Source: Octopus sinensis (Eukaryota). From it: DNA of 64,000 nt. Of the stretch, positions 40,660 through 54,340 are shown in pieces (position 1 is the stretch's first letter; every line of letters begins with the position of its first letter). Location of the stretch: positions 20,026,001 to 20,090,000 of the forward strand of contig NC_043014.1 of NCBI RefSeq assembly GCF_006345805.1. The letters run 5' to 3'. The notes below the pieces were generated by a model. It made no database searches. It was not told the origin of the DNA and saw only the letters and a program-made list of their open reading frames with translations. A program made the position numbers and the translations under genes.

Positions 40660-43600
40660 ATTGGCTTTATGTTGAATAACTTGCTATTTTGTAGAATAAC
40701 TTTCTAATTTCTATTATTATCAATTCCAACTAAGAAGCCAATGACCAGTAAGTCATTGTCTTTCGGGTTGTATTTAAGGAAATACTTAAGTTGATAGATT
40801 ATGAAGACGAGGCCACCTCTACCAGGCACTGCTATCCCAACATTTACTCCGAGACACCATCAAAAATAAAGACAACAGGAATACGATATACTCAACTAAA
40901 TACAGGAAGACTAATCCTGCAATTAAGACCTGCCATCTGCCGTTAATGCTGTAGTTATTCCTTGTTTCGAATTTGCTCATTCCTTTTATCATTTCTGTTT
41001 CTTTTTCCTCAATAGTGGTTCTTAATTTTTTTACCTGTAGACCCCTTTCATTCTTATTTTACACTGGTGGACGACCATAGCCATTTGATGTTTAAAGAAA
41101 TTCTATATCTGTATAATTAAATATCATTAGTAATTGTATTTTAAAAAGTATTAAGACATTTTTTGTATTGTAAAAGTATAACCAATTTATTGCAGATAAA
41201 TTTCAACAGCAAAACTCATATGGTCCCTCAAGAGCCATGTGGACACCAACTGGGAACCATCCCTGTAAAGGTTCTTGACATCGATTCAGCACTGGTGTTT
41301 GTAACTCCATTTTTAGGACGGTATTTTATTCCAAAATTCTGTTATGCTTCTATTTTCCCTTCACAATTCTCTATTAAGTTCGTCCCTATTTTTGTTTGTT
41401 GTTCGTTTAAAGGCAGAAAACAACCCTCGGTCATCTTCATGTTTTCTAGCCCTTTGCTTTCATTTTTATTTTTCGATAATTTTGTAATTGTAATGTTTAC
41501 GTACAGTACATATTTAATATTAACATTATCCCAGCACCTTCCTTATTCCCTATATATTAAATATCATATTTTCTGTTAGATGTTAAGCAGGATGTTCTAA
41601 ATGCAGTCATTCTTCTTTTCTTTTTCTTGTCTTGCCTTTTTTCATTAATCTATTAAGCTTCATATCTATAAATTATTACTGACATAGCTGTAGGTGTTTA
41701 TTACCATATCCTATGCATGTAATTCTGGCCTGAAAATTAATTTGATGCATCTCAAAAATATTCCTCCCTACTATTTCATATGTCTGTTGTACTTTATATA
41801 GTTCATTGACTCCTAACGGTTGTGATTGGTTTCACTCCCTTATTTCTATTCATTTATCTAAACATGATGCTTGTGTTTATTTCCCTGATCAGAGCTATTT
41901 TGGTGAATATTTTAATCCAAATCACTCATCAATTCCTCTACTAAATCAGTATACGCTTTGTGGAGAATTTGTTAATCGACTTCAGGGAACAACATGAGAT
42001 GACCATATACAAAAGATGGTTGACTGACTTCCCTAAGTATCTCTGTTCAAGCAACATCTGGATTAACAGGTTAGTTACAGATGATGTTATATGGTAGAAA
42101 AGGCGGCGAGCTAGCAGAAACGTTAGTACGCCGGGCAATATGTTAAGCGCTGTTTCATCTGCTGTTACGTTCTGATTTCAAATTCCGCCGAAGTCGACTT
42201 TGCCTTTTATCCTTTCGGGGTCTATAAATTAAGTACCAGTTACGTACTGGGGTCGATGTAATCGACTTAATCCGTTTGTCTGTCCTTGTTTGTCCCCTCT
42301 ATTGCCCTTGTAGGCAATAAAGAAATAAGAAAAGGCAAGCGGTTGTCCGAGATGCAGTCCCCTTCATACACTTCCCAAATTCATTTTCTAATCTTTATCT
42401 GCAAACGCCATCTACTGTTCAATCCCAACCATCCTCACACTTTTTCTTTTTCGTTATGTATTCCTCACTAATAATATTGATGCAGAGGAGTAATTAATAT
42501 TTATACATCTATTAGAGTTCCTATTTTTGCTTCTAGTCATTTGGAACTATGCCATTGTTTTCAATATGTGGATGTTTATGCTCTACAATTTTCTTGCATC
42601 TAAAGTTTTGCTAGCTGAAAGAAAAACAAGTTAAAGGTTTGTAGTTTGACGATTTCCCACATCAATAAATATGGCAACTCAGTTTCCCTATTAAATGCGC
42701 CAATCAGGTACTTTTGTAGTGCCTGGGCTAAATTTTGCGATGATTTAACATTCCATGGTTGATCAAGACCTGCGCATATTGTCCATTCGTCCCTGTGCAT
42801 TCTATTTTCTGTTTTCCTCAATTTCTAACTTTCGTATTGTTTCTATTGCATTGATTTCCGTTTTCTTAAAATCTAGTTCTTGATAATTTTGCTGCGTATT
42901 GGAATCGAATTCTATTTTTCTTTTTGAAAGAATCGATCTATAAACGGAATTTGTGAGGATCTTTTCTTTCAAGTGTTCTTTGATGTCGAGTGTATGCTTT
43001 GCAATTATATATTCGGTAATATTTTTGAATGCTGGTTCTTCATATCTTGCACTTGGGTTTTATTATATCTTTAGTATAGGAGTAAATCTGAGCGAGGAGC
43101 TACTTTCGTTTGTAACAACTATGGCTCCTATCTATATTTCAATTAATTTGCTAAAATTGATATTCTTTTCGAATTTCACTGCACTAGCCCTTGTTGCTGC
43201 TGTTTTATCTAAGTGATTTTCGTTGATTCATAGGATGAGATTTAACGATATAATTTTAAAATTATTTTCAGTTTTACACTCTTATGTTCATGACTTCTAT
43301 CTTCAGGTTTTTCTGTTCCTAAATCTTTTATATTTTATGCATTATGTTTGTTTGTTTCGGTATTTGCTGGTCAGTATTCTCTAGATTTTGGTTGCTTTGC
43401 ATTTTGTCATAATTCGTGTTTTAAAATTTGCTAAATTTATATTTCTGGTTTACCTTCTCAATTTTTGCTGTTTTCTTTTGCTTCCTACTTTTATTTGTGT
43501 CGTATTTGGGTGGAGTGTTTTATTTAGATTGTGGACACATTTCTTGATTTGACAATGTTTGCTTCTTTATTTAATTAGTGTATACAGCTATATTAATTGA

Positions 43601-43900
43601 TCCAGACAAACGTGAAATTCAAGCAGTTTCAGAGAAGCCTAGTTTACTCTTCATATTTATTACTTTATTTCGGTATAATTCTTTTTGTGTGTCCTTTCTT
43701 TTTATTTCTGTTGTCTTCGTTATTTTCCTACGTCTCTCTCTTCTCATCATATTTAGGTTCGCCATATACTGCCACACTAGTTTCTTGGTATGTTTGTGAT
43801 GCATGTCCCTCCTTATCTCCTCACCGCATCATCGATATTAAACATCAGAAACACCATATTTCATATTCCAGTCAATGGTGCTCCTTTTGCTAAATACTGG
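40660..43900 (-). mobile_element. Highly decayed long R4/Dong-like element, including RT and endonuclease remnants
   Basis: GDCIS (~42345) and NHLLYM (~42005) as decayed GDSLSP and HLLYMDD; thumb-like INTY...HP...EG.G at 41500-41750; EEKETE and IPVV near 40900-41000. Boundaries uncertain. Confidence 0.55.
42099..42330 (+). mobile_element. SINE family 1 inserted within the decayed RT region
   Basis: Full-length copy flanked by agaaaaggc on both sides (TSD-like). Confidence 0.85.
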
Positions 43901-44699
43901 CCAATGCTTCCTCTAAATTCTTCTTCGGTGGCATAGGGAACCCATTCACCTCTGTTTCTTGAAAAACTGAAGCATGTCAAATTCCCCCTGGCCTTTTTTT
44001 CTTGGAATAATTCGACGAGCAGAAAGACACTTGTAACATACCACCTGTTTTTTTCTTTAAATGAGTTAATCCCTACTTAGTGTTTCATATATGTTAGCAA
44101 CAATTGCAACGACTAATTGCGGCTATTATCACTTTTCTTATTAACGTTTGTTCTATCATCGCATCTGTTTGTCATGTTCCTTTCCGATTTTCCTCTTTAT
44201 TGTGTTTTAAACTAACTTCTATTTCAAACATTTCGAAAATTTTCTACCAGTCTGTCGTTCCCTTAAAGGTGTTCATATTTAATCACTATCAAAACAGACA
44301 TAATGAATAAATGCACAAATAAAATAATTTCTAAGAATGAAACTCATTATCTCCTAAGAGTAGATAGTAAAATATATGAAGTTCTTTGTTGGTAAAGTAA
44401 ACCTAAAATAACAAAACAAATATTTTTTTTATCAAGTAAATGCGGTGAAAAATAGAAGTTTTCCGAGAATAATGTTACACACAATCAATCATAGCACACA
44501 AAACAAGAAGAACAAAGACAACAACAACGCCCACCCCCATCATCCACCATACTCACACATACATAAAAACGACCAAAAGGAGGATATGTTGGTAGAAATA
44601 AAGAAGAAAGAGTCAAGGTCATTTTCTGTAGGTGTCCTATTGTTGAAGATGTGTTATTGCTTATCCGAGAGACAATACATATCCAACATGTATTGTTTC

Positions 44700-45270
44700 T
44701 TGAATAAGACAAAGTAAACAGAGTCGGAGTTTACATAAACTGGACGTGATGCAAGTTTCACGGAAAAAGCAAATAGAAAAGTGGTGTATAGGCATACACT
44801 TGATAAGGCCTCAGAGAACGAGGAAGTGATCATACTTGGGGGAATGCCAATACAAAGAGTTAGAGAGACCAAGGATAATTGACCAAATATTATTGTCAAG
44901 TGCAAACAGTAAAGTCCTAAGTAACCGTAATAACATCCCTAGAAGATAATAATGTGTGGCTAAAAAAAGAACTGGAGAAATTATCTAAATATAAATATCG
45001 AGAAACAGAAGTATTATGAGTGTGGGTGCTGAAAAGAGAAGCAATTCTTTTAATAATAAGTGCCTCGGGAATGACGAGAAAAAGATACAAACGCGTTACC
45101 AAAAGCTCATGATTTGGAAATATGCCGAACATGCAGAAACTAACATTAATAGACACTGCACATATATTACATAAAGTATTTTTCAATGAATGTAAACAAG
45201 AATATCAAAACAATACAAAAAGACTACATGTACCCAAGGCACTCAAACAGCGCTCGAAATTGTGTGTTAT
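44700..45270 (+). mobile_element. Decayed R4/Dong-like 3' part related to subfamily B
   Basis: RVGVYINW, ENEEVIIL..MPI, LEKLSKYK, and a cccaaggcactc...gcgctcg 3'UTR motif. Confidence 0.65.
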
Positions 45271-45516
45271 AAAAGAAAAAAAGAAAATATATATATAATT
45301 GCTGAAAAACAACAAGAAAAACAATAATTGCAATGATGATGATGATGATGATGATAACAAAAACAACAACCACACTAAAAATGATAAAAATTCTCAGAAT
45401 AATAATAACAGCCATAAAAATAACATCAATACTACTACTAATAATAATAATAATTAATGCAGGGAAATACGAAACATGAAACAAAATAAAAGCGATATAT
45501 GTACATTATATATACA

Positions 45517-45547
<31 letters not shown>

Positions 45548-45571
45548 ATAAATATGTATATATATATATTA

Positions 45572-45629
<58 letters not shown>

Positions 45630-45758
45630 TATATATATATAAAGAGTATATATATATATATATACATGCATGCATTTGTATGATTCGTGTCTATAACGTC
45701 ATGTAAATTATATGTATGTATCTAAATATGTATAGGCGTATGTGTGTATGTATATATA

Positions 45759-47059
45759 TAGGATGGGGCAGAGAGAACATACGTTTTTGAAATAGCTATT
45801 ACTTAGTTCCAGCGGGAGGGACATATGTCCGACTGGTACTATTCGGTCCGGTGAGTCATAGCCTTTTTTCTTTCTGTTCAGGTGAAGCCATGGGTTTGTG
45901 GGCGATAGGGTATCGTGTGTTTGCCTACGACCAGTTACGTGACGAATAACGAGTCTATCACAGCAGTTCAACGTGAATTCCGGTGCCACTCCAACTTTCA
46001 CCGAAACCAAGCTGTCCCCACCCTAAATAGAATCTCATGCTGAGTGAATGCACTTTGTACACAAGGTATATTAATGAAGGCGCCACGAACGGTAAGGAAG
46101 TGAAGCGTGTCAGACAAGCTGTGATACGGAATCTGAATCGCTCTGCTCGGAGACATTCCACTGAACTTGCATCGATAATCGATCAATAAGGCGAAGTTCG
46201 CATGAAAACCTACATTCCCTCCCGTACAAATTGGTCATTTGGCAACAGTTGAAACCATGGAGCTATGCACAGCGGCTTAACTTCGGACGTCAAATGGAAA
46301 CAATTTTTGAAGCAAATGAAAACCTCCATTTTGTTAATGTGTGATGAAGCTCATTTTCATCTCAATGGCATGGGGAATCAACAGAACTGTCGTTATTGGG
46401 CTCTTGGAAAATCCGAGAAAAATGCACAGCACAAAAGCGATGGTCTGGTGTGCTGTTGGAAAATCTGCTGTAATTAGCCCTTACATTTTTGAAGACAATA
46501 ATAGAAATGTTCATACTGGGAACTCCAAGTGTTACATCGAGATGATAAACAACTTCTTTGTGCCTGAATTACGACGAAAACGATGCATATTCGATGTGTG
46601 TGGTTTCAGCAGGATGGGGCAACGGCCCTCACTGCCAGAGCATCAATGGCCGTTCTTCGCACTATTCTGTGACCGCCGCATTTCCAGGTTTGTTCACATT
46701 CTTTGCCCCACTAGGAGCCCTCATTTGTCCATGTGTGATTATTTCTTGTGGGAAAAACTTCAATAAACGTATTTATGCGCATAAGCCCCGTACATCGAAC
46801 GACTTGGTGGAGGCTATTCGTGTGGAAGTCACCCAAATCGAGAGACTAATGCTGGAGAGTGTAGAGGCCAACTTCCAAGAACACCTTTGGAAAAGCATCA
46901 ATGAAAACTGACAACATGATGGATGTTATTTTCCACACTTTATTTTGACAAATAATAATAATTAAATACAAACACGTTGACGTCTATAAAATTTGTTTGC
47001 AGCTAAAATTAATGATTTTGTGAATTTTCAAACACGTCAGTCCTCTCTGCCCCACCATG
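45759..47059 (+). mobile_element. Tc1/mariner DNA transposon, rosa (DD41D)-like, with both TIRs and a pseudogenised transposase
   Basis: Left TIR taggatggggcagagagaacatacgtttttgaaa matches the reverse complement of the right TIR catggtggggcagagaggactgacgtgtttgaaa; TA flanks; DEAHFHLNG, WFQQDGAT and RSPHLSMCDYFLW motifs. Confidence 0.85.
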
Positions 47060-47294
47060 TATATTACGTATATTTACAGATATTAAGTGAGAAGGAATGT
47101 GTGCTTGCATGTGTGCGTGTAGATTTGTGTGTGTGTGTCTTTGTGCGTAATGAAATAGCATCTTGCTACCCTGTTTTGCGAGAAGAGTAATAAACACAGC
47201 ATTGTTATAAGTATTCACACTAAACTATACTGAGTTTCGCCTCATATTTACAAAACCATGCGTACACAAACGCACACGTACACACACAAGTGTT

Positions 47295-47351
<57 letters not shown>

Positions 47352-48125
47352 ATATATACAGACAGACACCCTCATACGTACATGTGCATTTGTAAATGGG
47401 TGTGTCGATATAACTATGATTTTGTGTCAATTAATTAACATAGTCGTATCTGCATTTGTAGCTTCTTGTTACCTCATTGTTTTCTGATGAATGACAAATA
47501 TTCCGAAGCGTTTATTGCTTCTCATGTTCTTCGTTATTATCACGTGAATCTAATCTATCAACTTTGTACTTCCGCTATTTATTTGTGTTCTATTTATAAT
47601 ATGTTGTTACAAACACACGCACTCACAAAAAAAAAACAAACGCACGCACAAACACACTCATATGTGTTCATATCTGCATATCAGGTAAGTTATTTTGATA
47701 TGAATAGATCAAAACTAACAACGTTAGCAACAATCCTCACATGAAGATTAATCGCGCAAGAAAATATTTTTAAAGTAACCGTTTCACATTTGTTATTTAG
47801 AAAATATAATGGATTGTAAAGTAATCATCCAAAAGTAAACACAATGACGTTCTTCGTTCTTAAAATATGTTTTAAACATGTGGTTAATACCGCGAATGAC
47901 TTTACAAATTATATGTTGTCACGAACTTTCAGGATATTCATTTAATATGGATGCTTTTTTGTTTTATTTGAAACACAACAATGTTAATAGTTACGTATCA
48001 AGTGATTATTCTGTCGTTTTTGTAATTGTAGTTTCCACTTCTAGAATTATGTCTAGCGTTTATACATACAATCTAGTATGTGTACATATACATGTTTATA
48101 CATATCCGAATGTAGGTACGAGTAA

Positions 48126-48213
<88 letters not shown>

Positions 48214-48244
48214 AACATACGCACATTATATATATATATATAAA

Positions 48245-48577
48245 GACCCCCTTCAGTCATGAGTGACCATGGGTTTGCACCTAGAGAGTTACCCTCTGAG
48301 GCACAAGTCTGGGCAAGGTTGTTTTATGGAAGACCAGTAGTCGCCCATGCATACCGGCCTCCCCTCTCCACGCCACCAGTGTTATCCAAGGGAAAGACAA
48401 AGGTCGATACAGCTTGGCACCTGTGACGTCGCAACTCATTCTACAGCTGAGTGAACTGGAGCAACGTGAAATAAAGTGTCTGCTCAAGAACACAACACGC
48501 AGCCCGGTCCGGGATTCGAGCTCACAACCTCACGATCGTAAGCTCGACGCTCTAGCCACTGAGCCATGCGCCTCCAT
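48245..48577 (-). mobile_element. SINE with a family 3-type head and a different tail
   Basis: ggaggcgcatggctcagtggctagagcg head, gagctcgaatccc B-box-like, core cttgagcagacactttatttcacgttgctccag. Confidence 0.75.
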
Positions 48578-48635
48578 GTATATATTATATATAATATATA
48601 TTATATATATAATATAATATATATATATATATATA

Positions 48636-48687
<52 letters not shown>

Positions 48688-49080
48688 TATACGTACAGTG
48701 ATTTATTTAATTATTGTATATAATGTGTATATGTATTATGTACATATATATGTGTGAGTGTGCATGCACACACACATATAATTACATTCATAAACATTTA
48801 ATATATTGTACATTTATAATGTAAATATATATATATATATATAATATATATAATTAATGTTTTCCAGTAAATATTATTATCATCTACATAAGACTTCACA
48901 ACTCCACACTCCTGGTGCCTCTGCTAAATATTAATGAATATTTATTTACTCATGTTTTCAGCTCCATGTTCCTGTTTGCATCAACAAACCTCTCTCTCTC
49001 TCTCTCTCTCTCTGTAAATGTATGTATAATAATATATATAATAATATATATATATAATATATATATATATAGATATATAT

Positions 49081-49375
49081 ATCACCGTGACCGACCAAGC
49101 TATCAGATGTTGCTACACATCGCTGGTCACAATGCGCTTCACATGTTTTTTAGCCTTCAAATGACGCCTCCCCGCTGGCTAAGCGAGCAGGCCAACAGAA
49201 GAAAGAGTGAAAGAAAGTTGCGGCGAAAGAGTACAGCAGGGATCGCCACTATCCCACTGCCAGTTCCTCGTGGAGCGTTAGATGTTTTCGTCAATAAACA
49301 TTCACAACACCCGGTCTGGAATCGAAACCGCGATCCCACGACCACGAGTCCGCTGCCCTAACCACTGGGCCACCA
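49081..49375 (-). mobile_element. SINE with a family 3 head and an RTE-derived tail
   Basis: tggcccagtggttagggcagcggact head; last ~57 nt match the RTE end at 39798-39864. Confidence 0.8.
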
Positions 49376-49397
49376 CACACACACACACACACACACC

Positions 49398-49500
<103 letters not shown>

Positions 49501-49504
49501 TATA

Positions 49505-49538
<34 letters not shown>

Positions 49539-49542
<4 letters not shown>

Positions 49543-50179
49543 GAAATATTAAAATAACTAAGTCTCTCTAAAAGAGAACAGCGGCAGCGTTCCCGGAAAA
49601 ATAATAGTTATCGCCATACTAATATGGCATTCTTATAAAAATAAGAAAAAAGCTGTCCGCTTATTAGCTCCATGAGGCCATCGCCTTAAGTTAGCTATTT
49701 GATACACAGACTGTATCCATATAACCTTCGAACAAGGGAGGTCAGTCGCTCCACACTACTTGACCGGCAGCTACAGACGCGTTTCGGGGTATTGCCCCTT
49801 TTCAATGCAGCGTAGCCAGCCAGTAGGTGTCGCTTCCGACAATCTCTGTTCGATGGTTTTATTTACCTAGTTTCGGTGGAATACATCCACTTGTTTTCAA
49901 TAATAGAAATATTAAAATAACTAAGTCTCTCTAAAAGAGAACAGCGGCAGCGTTCCCGGAAAATAATAGTTATCGCCATACTAATATGGCCTTCTTATAA
50001 AAATAAGAAAAAAGCTGTCCGCTTATTAGCTCCATGAGGCCATCGCCTTAAGTTTCGAAGGTTATATGGATACAGTTTGTGTATCAAATAGCTAACTTAA
50101 GGCGATGGCCTCATGGAGCTAATAAGCGGACAGCTTTTTTCTTATTTTTATAAGAATGCCATATTAGTATGGCGATAAC

Positions 50180-50184
<5 letters not shown>
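49539..50184 (-). mobile_element. Penelope-like terminal-repeat structure: ~154-bp direct repeats plus an inverted partial copy, in a (TA)n tract
   Basis: 49539-49692 = 49902-50054; 50055-50184 = reverse complement of 49602-49731; hammerhead motif inside. The Penelope assignment is inferred from architecture; no RT or GIY-YIG sequence is present. Confidence 0.7.
49770..49811 (-). ncRNA. Minimal type I hammerhead ribozyme with a U3-A8 variant core
   Basis: Minus strand reads gctgca-TTGAAAA-gggg caata cccc-GAAA-c gc GTC-tgtagc: 6-bp stem I, 4-bp stem II, palindromic stem III and a GUC triplet. Confidence 0.7.
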
Positions 50185-50214
<30 letters not shown>

Positions 50215-50332
50215 TATATATATATATAATAAGAGTAAATAATAGCTTTAATGGTTTTTAAAAAACCAACAATTATTTAATTATTTACTGATAGATTTCG
50301 GCATGTAAATATAACCATTAACGGTAGGAACT

Positions 50333-50406
<74 letters not shown>

Positions 50407-53034
50407 ATATATTGTACGATTCAAATAATATGATACTTTTTCGAACGCAGAATTGCCGATAGAACAGCAGAAATACTGAGTGCAGAAAAAAAAATGTTAG
50501 TTTGTTTATATTTATATACACGTAGTTGTCCGTTTAGGTATTTTGCATCTAAATATGTGAATGAATTTGTGAGCAGGTATTCTAGCTTAACGGTAAAGCA
50601 CTCAGCCGCAGTCTCGAGGGATATGGGTTCGAGTCCTATATGTATTTATTTATGTATGTATGTTATCTGTAAAGTTGTCGTCGAAACAAAGCAAGTTTAT
50701 TCAATAATATCTGGTCTACAGCAAGATATTTCGCTTTGATGAAACTGTGTCTAAACTCAAGTAGCCATCACATATAATTTAGCGCTAGGCTCGTTTCACC
50801 ATTTTGGTGCTTCAATGACCAATGTACTGAAATATTTGGTGTTTGAATGACCAATGTACTAGAACGCATGCCATCGTACATAAACCTATCTTATCAATGT
50901 CAAATTTTCACTATTAGTAAATGCTCTGGTTCCATTCTACCATCCAGCACACAAAACAAATATGAGGCTAATGATGGAAACTTTAAGTGGTTATTCAAGT
51001 TATAAATCGAACCAAAATATATAGGATTTATTAGTGTGTGAGACAGCCCGCTCATTGCAGTTCGACACTTAACTCAAATGTGGCCCAATTAATGAATGAT
51101 GTCTTGGTTTGGTTTTCGAATGTTATCAACAAAAATTAAATGAATATTTTAGAAATTGCAGAAAATCAATACAAATATTAACTCGAGAATAATTTCTTCA
51201 TTGTACTATGCAACGGCGAAATATGAGTCAACTCGTTTAGGGAAAGTAAACAGATTTCAGCCAATCCAAATAGATCGAGATTACAACACACTTAAGAACC
51301 AGTATCTCACATGGGGAAGTTTTACGGGTTCACTTGATCGCCGAGAATTGGCAGCCGGTTTTCTAGTACCTTTCTAAGGAATACAATGGAGATGGCCGCT
51401 TTAGATAATAGAATCTGCGATACACTATTCCTATAAGAATACAATGGATAATTACAGCTTGAAAGACCTTTCCCAGTGATCTGCTCAATGGATACTGGTG
51501 AAGATATAAACAATAGTAAAGAACGTATGGCGGTTTTTAAAAAAATGTATTAGTTCTTTATGTAATACAACTTCTCTTGAAAATCTCTGAGTAATGCTTT
51601 GTTAACGGAAATAGTTCAATTATATATAACTAAACAGCTGAACAGACTATATATATGCATATATTAAGGTGCGTGTGTACGTGTGTGTGTGTGTGTGTGT
51701 GTGAATGTATGTGTTTGTGTGCATAGTATAATTATTAGATGTATTAGTGTATACATATGTATGTATGTTGGATGAATGGATAGAAAAGCTGTTTAGTCAG
51801 CGGCTGACAGGGAAGCATACTAGGCTATCCATCATATATGCATTTACATTCCCAAAAAAGAAAGATTTTGAAAACGACATGATAATTTTTTTCCATTTCC
51901 CCGAGTGTCAATCTAATACTTTTTGAACGTGTCCTGTCTAATTACTTTTTTGTTTCTGTTCTTTCCCGACTTTCCATATTTACACACAGCCATACATACG
52001 CGCACACGCACACACACACACACGCACGCACGCACGCAAACATATATATGTATATATATATATAGTGTGTGTGTATTTGAATATGTATGTATTTAATAAA
52101 ATAAGTGTGTGTGTGTATGAAGAGAGCGAGAGAGTGAAAAAGAGAAAGAGAGAGAGCAGGTTCTTTAGATTATAAATACTCATATAATTATGTGTGTGTG
52201 TATTAGCTACTGATTTTGCTGAATTATATATATGCAAGATTAGTATTAATGTATACTGGCATTTAACTCACACCCGTGAATCTGAGAAAGCAATATGAGT
52301 ACAATGGATTGCATATGAGCTTCATATTTGCAGTTTAGCGGTTTTACTATTTCTACCTTGTTGAATATCATTAGATTTGTAGCAGATAAGATAACATTGT
52401 CCCTACTATTCATATTAGATACAATGCATAAACATCGCCTATTAGTTTGTTCGCGAATAAACGTCTAACATGATATATGCGAAGATAATTACGAATTTAT
52501 CTTAACGTCAATGCTGTTAAACAAGTGAGCGTTACGTAACTATTTCACATGCAGCTAGAATTAATGACACGCATTTATATAACTAGACACGCGCACGGGC
52601 GCATGCACACACGCACGCACATGCCTGCGCGCGCGCACAAGGAGGCAGAGGCAGAGGAAGAGAGTCAGAGAGACAGAATGTAGATGAAGCGCCATTGTGG
52701 AAATAAATCTCTTAACGCTGTATCACGAAGCGAATAGAGCTACAAATAATGATTTCTGCTTTAGTCACAAGTTCAGCAGTTTCAGGGATGAGAGTGATAG
52801 CCTATACCAACGACCCCAGTACTTGGCTACTGCTGTATTTCATTGATGCAGAAGGGGTGAGGGGAAAAGTTGACTTCGCTGGTATTTAAAATTAGAATAT
52901 AGAAAACTGTAAAAACCACTGCAAGATATCATTCTGAATGTCTAAGGATTCTTTAATCCTCTATCCTCGTATACAATTATAATAGCTTTGTAAAATCCCT
53001 TGGATACTAAAAAGGCTGGAAGCTACCAACTACT

Positions 53035-53165
53035 CCGCTGGTACTTAGCTTATAAACTTTAAAGGTAAAGCCCACCTCATCAGAATTTGAATTCTGAACA
53101 TAAAGACGGAAGAAATGCCGCTAAGCATTTTTCCGGCGAGTTAACGATTCTGCCACCTCGCCGCC
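53035..53165 (-). mobile_element. SINE family 1-related fragment
   Basis: Reverse complement gcggcgaggtggcagaatcgttaac...cagaattcaaattctg. Confidence 0.7.
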
Positions 53166-54269
53166 TCGCAGCTGGATCTTTTAGCTCCAGTTTTGCTTTA
53201 CATAGATCAGCATATTTAATTTCAAATCGAAGGAAAATATCTGTGAAATTCTTATGAAACACCACCTGGCATAAAGAAGATAAAACATATAAATATCTTA
53301 TATGTGTCTAGTAAAGTGACAGGCAATCAGTTAGCACACAATAAAACTTCAAATTTTCTAGACATAAATCACAAATGATGTATTTTTATAATTTATGTGT
53401 TAAAATCGAATGATTACAATTTTGTGCAAAAGGAATATGGAAACATAAAGAATTGCACCGAGTGAACTATTGAGTTAAGGTTGGCATTTAAGAAGTGTTT
53501 CAAATCAAATCGATTATGTTTAATAAAGCTGAAATGATATATAGTGACATTTAGAAAGATATATTTATGTTATCTATAAGCATAGACATAAAGTTATTTC
53601 AGAAAATAGCAAAATGATGTGGGGTTTTTTTTTAATGTTATTCAGTACAAAATAAATTAAAATTAAAACATTATTAGAATGTTTTACACAAGTGCAGCAT
53701 TATTTATAATTGAGACATCCGTGATGATTAGACATTCACTTCTGTAAATGTAAATTACAACACAAATGTAGACATTTTTGATGTGAACTGTTTCCAGGGG
53801 ATCTGTCAATGTGCTTTGAACACTCTTGCAAGGCACTCGTTAATATTTCCCTCCAAGGTTTTTTAGAAAATGTATATATCATTTTATTTTTATCAAGATG
53901 GGGAACCTGTGGAGGTTTTTCCCACAAAATAATAATAATAATGTTAAGAAGAAGTAGAAAGAGGAGGGGGAGAAGAAGAAGATGAAGACGGTGTAGGAGC
54001 AGAAGATGGTGATGATGATGAGGGGGAGGAGGAGGGGGAGCAGAGGGGGAGCAGAATGTGGTGGGGATGGTGATGAGGTGAGGAGGAGAAGAGGGACCTG
54101 GAGAGGGGGAACAGGAGTGAGGGAGCAGGATGTGGTGCTGATAATGATGATGTTGATGATGGTGAGGAGAAGGAGGAGGAAGGGGAGAGCAAAACATATA
54201 CGGGTAGACATATAGATACATGGCTAGACGGACGGAGAGACGAACAGACAGACAGACAGACAGACAGAC

Positions 54270-54340
<71 letters not shown>

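Noticed and set aside
50280-50330. Hammerhead-like gccGAAAtc on the minus strand
   Set aside because: There is no recognisable CUGANGA core or stem II partner.
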